Assembly: GCF_009834535.1 (NCBI RefSeq)
Contig: NC_045697.1
Coordinates: forward strand, 119,600,001-119,664,000
Source: Camelus ferus
Taxonomy: Eukaryota
Direction: 5' to 3'
DNA: 64,000 nt
How positions within the stretch are numbered: the stretch's first letter is position 1; every line of letters starts with the position of its first letter. A program made the translations under genes and the position numbers. The notes under the pieces are model-generated. The model saw nothing but the letters and a program-made list of their open reading frames with translations. It did not search any database and was not told the DNA's origin. Shown here piece by piece: positions 24,161-37,228 of the stretch.

Positions 24161-27100
24161 TTGGCTTTCCAGCCGAACCGACAGCTTTCCCACGCAGCCC
24201 GCCATGGAAGACCCTCAGAAGAAATAAGCTAGTGGTTCTAATGGAACACAGGAACTGCAGACCGTTGTAGGAACCACCGCACACGCAGGATAACAGAACA
24301 TATTTTTGTGTCTGATTGAGATGGTAAAACCTCCACGCATGTTTCAGGGGGTACAGATGTTCCTAGGTTGTGGGAAGTCAGATACTTCCCACTACAGCCC
24401 TTGGGGAGGAAATCGCTCATGGTTGGCTTTCCAGCCCATCCCCATTTTCCCTTGCAACCCAGCCTGAGAGAACACTCAGAAAATTTAGCTTAATTTTTAA
24501 TTAGAACCCAGGCGCTGCTGACAGTTGTAGAAACCTCCCAATACACAGGGTAACAGAACACTTATTTTTGTGTGTTGCGTAGTAGGAAAACACACTCCAT
24601 GCATGTATCTGGGGTGCAGGTTTAACCAGGTTGGGAGACGTTGGCTAATTATCTCCAGAGTCCATGGGGAGGCACTCTCTTTTTCTTGGTTTTCCAGCCC
24701 TACTCCCAGCTTTCCCTTGCAGCCCGGGTTAGGTAAACACCCAGGGATGACAGAATAAGTGATTCTATCAGAACCCTGGCGCTGCTGTCTGTTGGAGGGA
24801 CCTCCAAACACACAGGATTCCCAAACACGGCTTTGCTTGGGTGAGTTGTGAAGCCCCACTCCACACACAAGGCTGAGGGCACAAGTTTTTCCCTGTTAGG
24901 GGGAAGTCCAATAATTACCTCTACAGTCCATCTCGGTTCACTCCCTGCTACTTGGATTTCCAGCCGAAACCCCAGCTTTCCCTCGCAGCCCGCCCTGGAA
25001 GACAATCAGAAAAAATATGCTAGTTGTACTAATGGAACACAGGCACTGCAGACCGTTGTAGGAACCACCGCAAACGCAGGATAACAGAACATATTTTTGT
25101 GTCTGATTGAGATGGTAAAATCTCCACGCATGTTTCAGGGGTTACAGGTATTCCTAGGTTGTGGGAGGTCAGATAATTCCCACTACTGCCAATGGGGAGG
25201 AAATCGTTCCTGCTTGGCTTTCCAGCCCATCCCCAGTTTCCCTTGCAACCCAGCCTGAGAGAACACTCAGAAAATATTCCTTAATTTTTAATTAGAACCC
25301 AGGCGCTGCTGACAGTTGTAGAAACCTCCCAATACACAGGGTAACAGAACACTTCTTTGTGTTTGTTATGTAGTAGGAAAACACACTCCATGGATGTTCC
25401 TGGGGTGCAGGTTTAACCAGGTTGGGAGACGTTGGCTAATTATTTCCAGAGTCCATGGGTTGGCACTCTGTTTTTCTTCGTTTTCCAGCAATACTCCCAG
25501 ATTTCCCTTGCAGCCCGGGTTAGGAAAACACCCAGGGTTGACAGACTAAGTGATTCTATCAGAAACCTGGCGCTGCTGTCAGATGGAGGGACCTCCAAAC
25601 ACACAGGATTCACAATCATGGCTTTGCTTGGGTGAGATGTGAAGCCCCACACCACACACATGGCTGGGGGCTCAAGTTTTTCCCTGTTAGGGAGAAGTCC
25701 GCTAATTCCCTCTACAGTCCATCTCGGGGCACTCCCTGTAACTTGGATTTCAGGCCCAACCCCCAGGATTACCTTGCAGGTCGGCCTGGGGTAACACACA
25801 GGTAAAAGAAATACTGGTGCTCTAAGAACCCATGCGCTGCTGACAATTGTGGAAACCTTCGAACACTCAGGATAACAGAACAAATCTTTCTGTGTGTGAT
25901 GGAGTATGAAAACACATGCCAGGCATTTTTTTGGGGTTCCAGGTTTTCCCAGGTTGGGAGATGTCGTCTAGATTCCTTCATTGTTCATGCGGAGTCATTG
26001 TCTTCTTCTTCGTTTTCAAGCCCAACTCCCAGCTTTCCCTTGTAGCCCGGACTAGTGAAACACCCAGGGATGAAAAATAAATGATTCTATCAGTACCCCG
26101 GCTTTGCTCTCTGTTGGAGGATCCTCCAAACCCTCAGGTTTCTGGAACAAGTCTTTGCATGTTGGGAGGTGTGGAGCCCCAATCCACACAGAAGAATGGG
26201 GTCACAGATTTGTCCCTTTTAGGGAGAAGTCCACTAATTACCTCCACAGTTCGTCTTGGGGCATTCGTCTCTTCTTGGCTTTTCAGCCAATCCCCCAGAA
26301 TTCACTCGCAGCCCGGCCTTTGAAAACACTCAGGGAAAGTAAGCAAGGGTTCTTTAGGAACCCAGGTGCTGAAGACAGTTGTAGGAACCTCCCCAAACTC
26401 AGGATAACAGAACAAATCTTCGAGAGTCTGATAGAGATGGGTATACAAACTCCAGGCTTGTTTCAGGTGATACAGGCTTTCTTAGGTTGTGGAAGTTCGT
26501 GTAATTAACTCCACTGTCCATGGGGAGGCCCTTGCAGTTGCTTGGATTTCCAGCCCTAACCTCAGGTTTTCCTCGCAGCCCGGCCTGAGAAAAACTCAGG
26601 GAATAAAAGCTACAGGTTCTGAAAGATCAAAGTTGCTCCTAAAAGTTGTAGAAACCTCCCCACACTAAGGAAAACAGAACACTTCTTTGTGTGTGTGATG
26701 GAGTAGAAAAATACACTAAAGGCATTTTTCTGCGGTGCAGGTGTTCCCAGGATGGGAGATTTTGGCTAATTACCTCCATTGCCCAAGGGGAAGCACTCTG
26801 ATTTTCTTGTTTTTCCAGCCCTACTCCCAGCATTCCATTGCTGCACGGGGTAGGAAAACACCCAGGGATGACAAACTAAATAATACTATCAGAAAAACAG
26901 CACTGCCGTCTGTTGCAGGAACCTCCACACACACAGGATTCCCAAACAAGGCTTTGATTGGGGATTTGTGAAGCCCAACCCCACACACATGGCTGGGGGC
27001 ACAAGTATTTCACTGTTATAGAGAAGTCAGTTAATTACCTCCATAGTGCATCTTGGGGCACTCGCTGCTTCTTGGCTTTTCAGCCAATTCCCCAGATTTC

Positions 27101-30100
27101 ACTCTCAGCCCGGTCTCGGAAAACACTCAGGGAAGGAAAGCTACAAGTTCTATTAGAACCCAGGCGATCCTGACAGTTGTAGAAACCACAACATACTAAG
27201 GAAAACAGAATACTCCTTCGTGTGTGTGATGGAGTAGGAAAACACACTAAAGGCATGTTTCTGGGGTGCAGGTGTTCCCAGGATGGGAGATGTTGGCTAA
27301 TTACCTCCACTGCCCATGGGGAAGCACTCTCTTCACTTCGATTTCCAGCTCTAATCCTAGCATTCCCTGGCAGCCCGACCGTGGGAAACGCCCACGTATT
27401 AGAAATCTAAGACATTCTGTCAGATCCATGGAGCTGCTGTCTGTTGGAGGAACCTCCAAACACTCACGATCCCGGAACACGGCTTTGTTTGGGGGAGTGG
27501 TGAAGCCGAACTGCAAACTCACTGTTGGGGGCACATGATTTTCCCTGTTAGGGACAAGTCTGCTAATTAAATCCACAGTCCATCTAGGGGCACTCGCTGC
27601 TACTTGGCTTTCCATACCAACCCCCAGCTTTCCCTCACAGCCCGGCCTGGGTAAACACTCAGGGATAATATGCTATTGGTTGTATTGGAACCCAGTCGCT
27701 ACCTACCGTTGTAGGAAACATCCCACAACTAGGATAACAGAAGAAATTTTGTGGGTCTGTTGGTGATGGGTAAACAAGCTCCACTCATTTTTCTGGGGGC
27801 ACAGGTGTTCCAAGGCTGTGGGACGTCGGAAAATACCTCAAATTTTCATGGGGAGTAGCTTGCTGCTTCTACGAAATTCAGCCCAACCCACAGATTTACC
27901 TCGCAGTCAGGCCTGTGAAAACAATCACGGATAAGAAAATGCTGGTGCTATTATATCCCAGGCGCTGTTCATAGTTGTAGAAAACTCCCCACACTCAGGA
28001 TAGTGGAACACATATTTGTTTGTATGATGGTTTAGGAAAATACACTCCAGGCATGTTTCTGGGGGTACAACTGTTCCCAGGTTTGGAGATGTCGCCTAAT
28101 TAACTCCACTGCCAATGTGGAGGCACTCTCTATTTCTTCGCTTTCCAGACCAACTCCAACAGTTCCCTTGCAGCCCGGCCTAAGAAAACACCTAGATATG
28201 ACAATATTAGTCATTTTATCAGAACCACGGCGCTGCTGTCGGTAGGAGGTTCCCAACACACTCAAAATTCCGGAACACGGCTTTGCTTGGTGGAGGTGTG
28301 GAGCCTCACACCACACAGATGACTGGGGGCACAGGAATTCCCTGTTTATGAGAAGTCCGCTAATTACCTCTACAGTCAATCTCTAGGCACTTGTTGCTAC
28401 TTGGCTTTCCAGCCGAACCCCCAGATTTCCCTCGCAGCCCGCCCTGGAAGACACTCAGAAGAAATATGCTAGTGGCTCCAATGGAACACAGGCACTGCAG
28501 ACCGTTGTAGTAACCACCGCACACGCAGGATAACAGAACATATTTTTGTGTCTTATTGAGATGGTAAAATCTCCACGCATGTTTCAGGGGGTACAGGTGT
28601 TCCAAGGTTGTGGGATGTCAGATAATTCCCACTACTGCCCATGGGGAGGAAATCGCTCCTGCTTGGCTTTCCAGCCCATTCCCAGTTTCCCTTGCAACCC
28701 AGCCTGAGAGAACACTCAGAAAATGTTGCTTAATTTTTAATTAGAACCCAGGCGCTTCTGACAGTTGTAGAAACCTCTCAATACACAGGGTAACAGAACA
28801 ATTCTTTGTGTGTGTAACGTAGTAGGAAAACACACTCTATGCATGTTTCTGGGGTGCAGGTTTAACCAGTTTGGGAGACGTTGGCTAATTATATCCAGAG
28901 TCCATGGGGAGGCACTCTGTTTTTCTTCGTTTTCCAGTCTTACTCCCAGCTTTCCCTTACAGCCCGGGATAGGGAAACACCCAGGGATGACAGACTAATT
29001 AATTCTATCAGAACCCTGGCGCTGCTGTCTGTTGGAGGGACCTCCAAACACACAGGATTCCCAAACACGGATTTGCTTGTGTGTGTGGTGAAGCCCCACA
29101 ACACACACATGGCTGGGGGCACAAGTTTTTCCCTGTTAGGGAGAAGTCCACTAATTACCTCTACAGTCCATCTCAGGGCACTCCCTGCTACTTGGATTTC
29201 CAGCCTAACCCCCAGGTTTCCCTTTCAGGTCGGCCTGGGGTAACACACAGTTAAAAGAACTAATGGTGCTATAAGAACCCATGCGCTGCTGACAATTGTG
29301 GAAATCCTTCGAACACTCAGGATAACAGAACAAATCTTTCTGTGTGTGATGGAGTATGAAAACACACGCCAGGCATTTTTTTGGGGTTCCAGGTTTTCCC
29401 AGGTTGGGAGATGTCGTTTAGATTCCTTCGTTGTTCATGGGGAGTCACTGTCTTCTTCTTCGTTTTCAAGCCCAACTCCCAGCTTTCCCTTGTAGCCCGG
29501 ACTAGTGAAACACCCAGGGATGAAAAATAAATGATTCTATCAGTACCACGGTTTGCTCTCAGTTGGAGGATCCTCCAAACCCTCAGGTTTCTGGAACAAG
29601 TCTTTGCATGTTGGGAGGTGTGGAGCCCCAATCCACGCAGAAGGATGGGGTCACAGATTTGTCCCTGTTAGGGAGAAGTCCGCTAATTACCTCCACAGTG
29701 CGTCTTGGGGCACTCGTCTCTTCTTGGCTTTTCAGCCAATCCCCCAGAATTCACTCACAGCCCGGCCTTTGAAAACACTCATGGCAAGTAACCTAGGGTT
29801 CTATAGGAACCCAGGTGCTGAAGACAGTTGTAATAACCTCCCCAAACTCAGGATAACAGAACAAACCTTCGAGAGTCTGATAGAGATGGGTATACAAACT
29901 CCAGGCTTGTTTCAGGTGGTACAGGCTTTCTTAGGTTGTGGAAGTTCGTATAATTAAATCCACTGTCCATGGGGAGGCCCTTGCAGTTGCTTGGATTTCC
30001 AGCCATACCCCCAGCTTTTCCTTGCAGCCCGGCCTGGGAAAACTCAGGGAATAAAAGCTACAGGTTCTGAAAAAACAAATTTGCTCCTAAAATTGTAGAA

Positions 30101-32992
30101 ACTTCCCCACACTAAGGAAAACAGAACACTCCTTTGTGTGTGTGATGGAGTAGAATATTACACTAAAGGCATGTTCCTGGGGTGCAGGTGTTCCCAGGAT
30201 GGGAGATTTTGGCTAATTACCTCCACTGCCCATGGGGAGGCACTCTGATTTTCTTCGTTTTCCAGCCCTACTCCCAGCATTCCATTGCTGCACGGGGTAG
30301 GAAAACACCCAGGGATGACAAACTAAATAATACTATCAGAAACACGGTGCTGCCGTCTTTGCAGTAACCTCCACACACACAGGATTCCCAAACAAGGCTT
30401 TGATTGGGGATTTGTGAAGCCCTACTCCACACACATGGCTGGGGGCACAAGTATTTCCCTGTTATAGAAAAGTCAGTTAATTACCTCCACAGTGTATCTT
30501 GGGGCACTCTCTGCTTCTTGGCTTTTCAGCCAATTCCCCAGATTTCACTCTCAGCCCGGTCTCGGAACACACTCATGGAAGGAAAGCTACAAGTTCTATT
30601 AGAACCCAGGCGATCCTGTCATTTGTAGAAACCTCAACATACTAAGGAAAACAGAATACTCCTTTGTGTGTGTGATGGAGAAGGAAAACACACTAAAGGC
30701 ATGTTTCTGGGGTGCAGGTGTTCCCAGGATGGGACATGTTGGCTAATTACCTCCACTGCCCATGGGGTAGCACTCTCTTCACTTTGATTTCCAGCCCTAA
30801 ACCTAGCATTCCCTTGCAGCCCGATCGTGGAAAACACCCAGGGATTTAATATCTAAGACTTACAGTCAGAACCATGGAGCTGCAGTCTGTTGGAGGAACC
30901 TACAAACACTCACGATTCTGGAACACAGCTTTGTTGGGGGGAGTGGTGAAGCCCCACTGCACACTCAATGTTGGGGGCACAAGATTTTCCCTGTTAGGGA
31001 GAAGTCTGCTAATTACATCCATAGTCCATCTAGGGGCACTCGCTGCTACTTGGCTTTCCATTCAAACCCCCAGGTTTCCCTCATATCTCGGCCTGGTAAA
31101 CACTCAGGGATAATAGGCTATTTGTTGTATTGGATCCCAGGCGCTACGTACAATTGTAGGAAACATCCCACACCTAGGATAACAGAAGAAACTTTTGTGG
31201 GTCTGATGGAGATGGGTAAACAAACTCCACGCATGTTTGGGAGGGCACAGGTGTTCCAAGGCTGTGGGACGTCCGAAAAATACCTCAAATTTTCATGGAG
31301 TGTAACTTGCTGCTTCTACGAATTTCAGCCCAACCCACAGATTTACCTCGAAGCCAGGCATGTGAAAACAATCACGGAAAAGAAAACACTGGTTCTATTA
31401 TATCCCAGGTGCTGTTCACAGTTGTAGAAACCTCCCCACACTCAGGATAGCGGAACACATCTTTGTGTGTATGATGGTTTAGGAAAATACACTCCAGGCA
31501 TGTATCTGGGGGTACAGCTGTTCCCAGGTTTGGAGATGTCGCCTAATTACCTCCACTGCCAATAGGGAGGCACAATCTACTTCTTCGCTTTCCAGAGCAA
31601 CTCCCAATTATCCAATGCAGTCCGGCCTAAGAAAACACCTAGATATGACAATATTAGTGTTTCTATCAGAACCCCGTTGCTGCTGTCGGTAGGAGGTAAC
31701 CAACACACTCAAAATTCCGAAAAACGGCTTTGTTTGGGGGAGGTGTGGAGCCCCACACCACACAGATGCCTAGGGCACAGGAATTCCCTGTTTATGAGAA
31801 GTCCGCTAATTACCTCTACAGTCAATTTCTAGGCACTTGTTTCTACTTGGCTTTCCAGCCTAACGCCCAGATTTCACACGCAGCCCGCCCGGGAAATCAC
31901 TCAGAAGAAATATGCTAGTGGTTCTAATTGAACACAGGCACTGCAGACCATTGTAGGAACCACCGCACACACAGGATAACAGAACATATTTTTGTGTCTG
32001 ATTGAGATGGTAAAACCTCCACGCATGTTTCAGGGGGTACAGGTATTCCTAGGTTGTGGGAATTCAGATAGTTCCCACTACTGCCCATGGGGAGGAAATC
32101 GCTCCTGCTTGGCTTTCCAGCCCATCCCCAGTTTCCCTTGCAACCCAGCCTGAGAGAACACTCAGAAAATGTAGCTTAAAGTTTAATTAGATCCCAGGTG
32201 CTGCTGAAAGATGTAGAAACCTCCCAATACACAGGGTAACAAACACTTCTTTGTGTGTGTTATGTAGTAGGAAAACACACTCCATGCATGTTTCTTGGGT
32301 GCAGGTTTAAGCAGGTTGGTAGACGTTGGCTAATTATCTCCAGAGTCCATGTGAGGCACTCGGTTTTTCTTCGTTTTCCAGCCCTACTCCCAGCTTTCCC
32401 TTGCAGCCCGGGTTAGGAAAACACCCAGGGATGACAGACTAAGTGATTCTATAAGAACCCTGGTGCTGCTGTCGGTTGGAGGGACCTTCAAACACACAGG
32501 ATTCCCAAACACGGCTTTGATTGGGTGAATTTTGAAGCCCCACAACACACACATGGCTGGGGGCACAAGTTTTTCCCTGTTAGGTAGAAGTCCGCTAATT
32601 CCCTCTACAGTCCATCTCGGGGCACTCCCTGCTACTTGGATTTCCAGCCCAACCCCCAGGTTTCCCTTGCAGCCCGGCCTGGGGTAACACACAGGGGAAA
32701 GAACTACTGGTGCTATAAGAACCCATGCGCTGCTGAAAATTGTGGAAACCTTCGAACACTCAGGATAACAGAACAAATCTTTCTGTGTGTGATGGAGTAT
32801 GAAAACACACGCCAGGCATTTTTTGGGGTTCCAGGATTTCCCAGGTTGGGAGATGTCGGGTAGATTCCTTCATTGTTCATCGGGAGTCACTGTCTTCTTC
32901 GTTTTCAAGCCCAACTCCCAGCTTTCCCTTGTAGCCCGGACTAGTGAAACACCCAGGGATGAAAAATAAATGATTCTATCAGTACCCAGGCT

Positions 32993-35900
32993 TTGCTGTC
33001 TGTTGGAGGATCCTCCAAACTCTCAGGATTCTGGAACAAGCCTTTGCATGTTGGGAGGTGTGGAGCCCCAATCCACGCAGAAGGATGGGGTCACAGATTT
33101 GTCCCTTTTAGGGAGAAGTCCGCTAATTACCTCCACAGTGCGTCTTGGGGCACTCGCTGCTTCTTGGATTTTCAACCAATCCCCCAGAATTCACTCGCAG
33201 CCCGGCCTTTGAAAACACTCAGGGCAAGTAAGCAAGGGTTCTATAGGAACCCAGGTGCTGAAGACAGTTGTAGGAACCTCCCCAAACTCAGGATAACAGA
33301 ACAAATCTTCAAGAGTCTGATAGAGATGTGTATACAAACTCCAGGCTTGTTTCATGTGGTACAGGCTTTCTTAGTTTGTGGAAGTTCGTATAATTAACTC
33401 CACTGTCCATGGGGAGGCCCTTGCAGTTGCTTGGATTTCCAGCCCTACCCCCAGCTTTTCCTCGCAGCCCGGCCTGAGAAAAACTCAGGGAATAAAAGCT
33501 ACAGGTTCTGAAAGAACAAAGTTGCTCCTAAAAGTTGTAGAAACCTCCCCACACTAAGGAAATGGAACACTTCTTTGTGTGTGTGATGGAGTAGAAAAAT
33601 ACACTAAAGGCATGTTTCTGGGGTGCAGGTGTTCCCAGGATGGGAGATTTTGGCTAATTACCTCCACTGCCCATGGGGAGGCACTCTGATTTTCTTCGTT
33701 TTCCAGGCCTTCTCCCAGCATTCCATTGCTGCACGGGTTAGGAAAACACCCATGGATGACCAACTAAGTTATTCTATAAGAACACAGGCGCTGCTCTCTG
33801 TTGCAGGAAACTCCACACACACAGGATTCCCAAACACGGCTTTGATTGGGGATTTGTGAAGCCCCACTCCACACACATGGCTGGGGGCACAAGTATTTCC
33901 CTGTTAAAGAGAAGTCAGTTAATTAACTCCACAGTGTATCTTGGGGCACTCGCTGCTTCTTGGCTTTTCAGCCAATTCCCCAGATTTCACTCTCAGCCCG
34001 GTCTCGGAAAACACTCAGTGAAGGAAAGCTAAAAGTTCTATTAGAACCCAGGCGATCCTGACAGTTGTAGAAACCTCAACATACTAAGGAAAACAGAATA
34101 CTCCTTTGTGTGTGTGATGGAGTAGGAAAACACACTAAAGGCATGTTTATGGGTTGCAGGTGTTCCCAGGATGGGAGATGTTGGCTAATTACCTCCACTG
34201 CCCATGGGGAAGCACTCTCTTTACTTCGATTTCCAGCCCTAAACCTAGCATTCCCTTGCAGTCCGACCATGGAAAACAATCAGGGGTTTAAAAGTCTAAG
34301 ATATTCTGTCAGAACCATGGAGCTGCTGTCTGTTGGAGGAACCTCCAAACACTCACGATTCAGGAACACGGCTTTGTTGGGGGAAGTGGTGAAGCCCCAC
34401 TGCACACTCAATGTTGGGGCACATGATTTTCCCTGTTAGGGAGATGTCTGCTATTTACATCCATATTCCATCTAGGGGCACTTGCTGCTATTTGGCTTTC
34501 CATACCAACCCCTAGGTTTCCCTCACAGCCCGGCCTGGTAAATACTCAGGTATAATACGCTATTGGTTGTATTGGAACCCAGGCGCTACGTACCGTTGTA
34601 GGAAACATCCCACACCTAAGATAACAGAAGAAATCTTTGTGGGTCTGATGGAGATTTGTAAACAATGTCCACGCATGTTTGGGGGGGCACAGGTGTTCCA
34701 AGGCTGTGGGACGTCGGAAAAATACCTCAAATTTTCATGGGGAGTAACTTGCTGCTTCTACGAAACTCAGCCCAACCCAGAGCTATACCTCGCAGTCAGG
34801 CCTGTGAAAACAATCACGGATAAGAAAATACTGGTTCTATAATATCCCAGGCGCTGTTCATAGTTGTAGAAACCTCCCCAAACTCAGGATAGTGGAACAC
34901 ATATTTGTGTATGATGGTTTAGGAAAATACACTACAGGTATGTGTCTGGGGGTACACCTTTTCCCAGGTTTGGAGATGTCGCCTAATTACCTCCACTGCC
35001 AATGTGGAGGCACTCTCTACTTCTTCGATTTCCAGACCAACTCCCAAATATCCCTTGCAGCCCGGCCTAAGAAAACACCAAGATATGACAATATTAGTGA
35101 TTCTATCAGAACCATATCGCTGCTGTCGGTAGGAGGTTCCCAACAAACTCAAAATTCCGGAAAACGGCTTTGCTTGGTGGAGGTGTGGAACCTCACACCA
35201 CACAGAAGCCTGGGGGCACAGGAATTCCCTGTTTATGAGAAGTCCGCTAATTACCTCTACAGTCAATCTCTAGGCACTTGTTGCTACTTGCCTTTCCAGC
35301 CGAAACCCCAGATTTCCCTCGCAGCCCGCCCTGGAAGACACTCAGAAAAATATGCTAGTGGTTCTAATCTAACACAGGCACTGCAGACCGTTGTAGGAAC
35401 CACCGCACACGCAGCATAACAGAATATATTTTTGTGTCTGATTGAGATGGTAAAATCTCCACGCATGTTTCAGGGGGTACAGGTATTCCTAGGTTGTGGG
35501 AGGTCAGATACTTCCCACTACTGCCCATGGGGAGGAAATCGCTCCTGCTTGGCTTTCCAGCCCATTCCCATTTTCCCTTGCAACCCAGCCTGAGAGAACA
35601 CTCAGAAAATTTTGCTTAATTTTTAATTAGAACCCAGGCGCTTCTGAGAGTTGTAGAAACCTCCCAATACACAGGGTAACAGAACACTTCTTTGTGTGTG
35701 TTACGTAGCAGGAAAACTCACTCCATGCATGTTTCTGGGGTGCAGGTTTAACCAGGTTGGGAGACGTTGGCTAATTATCTCCAGTGTCCATGGGGAGGCA
35801 CTCTGTTTTTCTTCGTTTTCCAGCCCTACTCCCAGCTTTCCCTTAGAGCCCGGGATAGGGAAACCCCCATGGATGACAGACTAAGTACTTCTATCATAAC

Positions 35901-37228
35901 CCTGGCGCTTCTGTCTGTTGGAGGGACCTCCAAACACACAGGATTCCCAAACACGGCTTTGCTTGGGTGAGTTGTGAAGCCCCACACCACACACATGTCT
36001 GGGGGCACAAATTTTTCCCTGTTAGGGAGAAGTCCAATAATTACTTCTACAGTCCATCTCGGTTCACTCCCTGCTACATGGATTTCCAGCAGAACCCCAG
36101 CTTTCCTTCACAGCCCGCCCTGGAAGACAATCCGAAAAAATATGCTAGTTGTTCTAATGGAACACAGGCACTGCAGACCGTTGTAGGAACCACCGCACAC
36201 TCAGGATAACAGAACATAATTTTGTGTCTGATAGAGTTGGTGAAATCTCCACGCATGTTTCAGGGGTTACAGGTATTCCTAGGTTGTGGGAGGTCAGAAA
36301 ATTCCCACTACTGCCCATGGGGAGGAAATCGCTCCTGCTTGGCTTTCCAGCCCATCCCCAGGTTCCCTTGCAACCCAGCCTGAGAGAACACTCACAAAAT
36401 TTTGCTTAATTTTTAATTAGAACCCAGGCGCTGCTGACAGTTTTAGAAACCTCCCAATACACAGGGTAACAGAACACTTCTTTGTGTGTATTATGTAGTA
36501 GGAAAACACACTCCATGCATGTTTCTGGGGTGCAGGTTTAACCAGGTTGGGAGACGTTGGCTAATTATCTCCAGAGTCCATGGGGAGGCACTCTGTTTTT
36601 CTTCATTTTCCAGCCCTACTCCCAGGTTTCCCTTGAAGCCCGGGTTAGGAAAACACCCAGGGATGACAGACTAAGTGATTGTATCAGAAACCTGGCGCTG
36701 CTGTCAGTTGGAGGGACCTCCAAACACACAGGATTCCCAAACACGGCTTTGCTTGGGTGAGTTGTGAAGCCCCACAACACACACATGGCTGGGGGCACAA
36801 GTTTATCCCTGTTAGGGAGAAGTCCGCTTATTCCCTCTACAGTCCATCTCGGGGCACTCCCTTCTACTTGGATTTCCAGCCCAACCCCCAGGTTTCCCTT
36901 GCAGGTCGGCCTGGGGTATCACACAGGTAAAAGAACTACTGGTTCTATAAGAACCCATGCGCTGCTGACAATTGTGGAAACCTTCGAACACTCAGAATAA
37001 CAGAACAAATCTTTCTCTGTGTGATGGAGTATGAAAACACACGCCAGGCATTTTTTTGGTGTTCCAGGCTTTCCCTGGTTGGGAGATGTCGTCTAGATTC
37101 CTTCGTTGTTCATGGGGAGTCACTGTCTTCTTCTTCGTTTTCAAGCCCAACTCCCAGCTTTCCCTTGTAGCCCGGACTAGTGAAATACCCAGGGATGAAA
37201 AATAAATGATTCTATCAGTACCCCGGCT
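32993..37228 (+). repeat. 16-mer variant of the family-II HOR (M10-M11-M12 trimer duplicated)
   Basis: The unit is 4236 bp. M10 (GCACTGCAGACCG) occurs at ~35,378 and ~36,168, and M11 (CCCAATACACAGGGTAAC) at ~35,663 and ~36,453. Confidence 0.9.
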
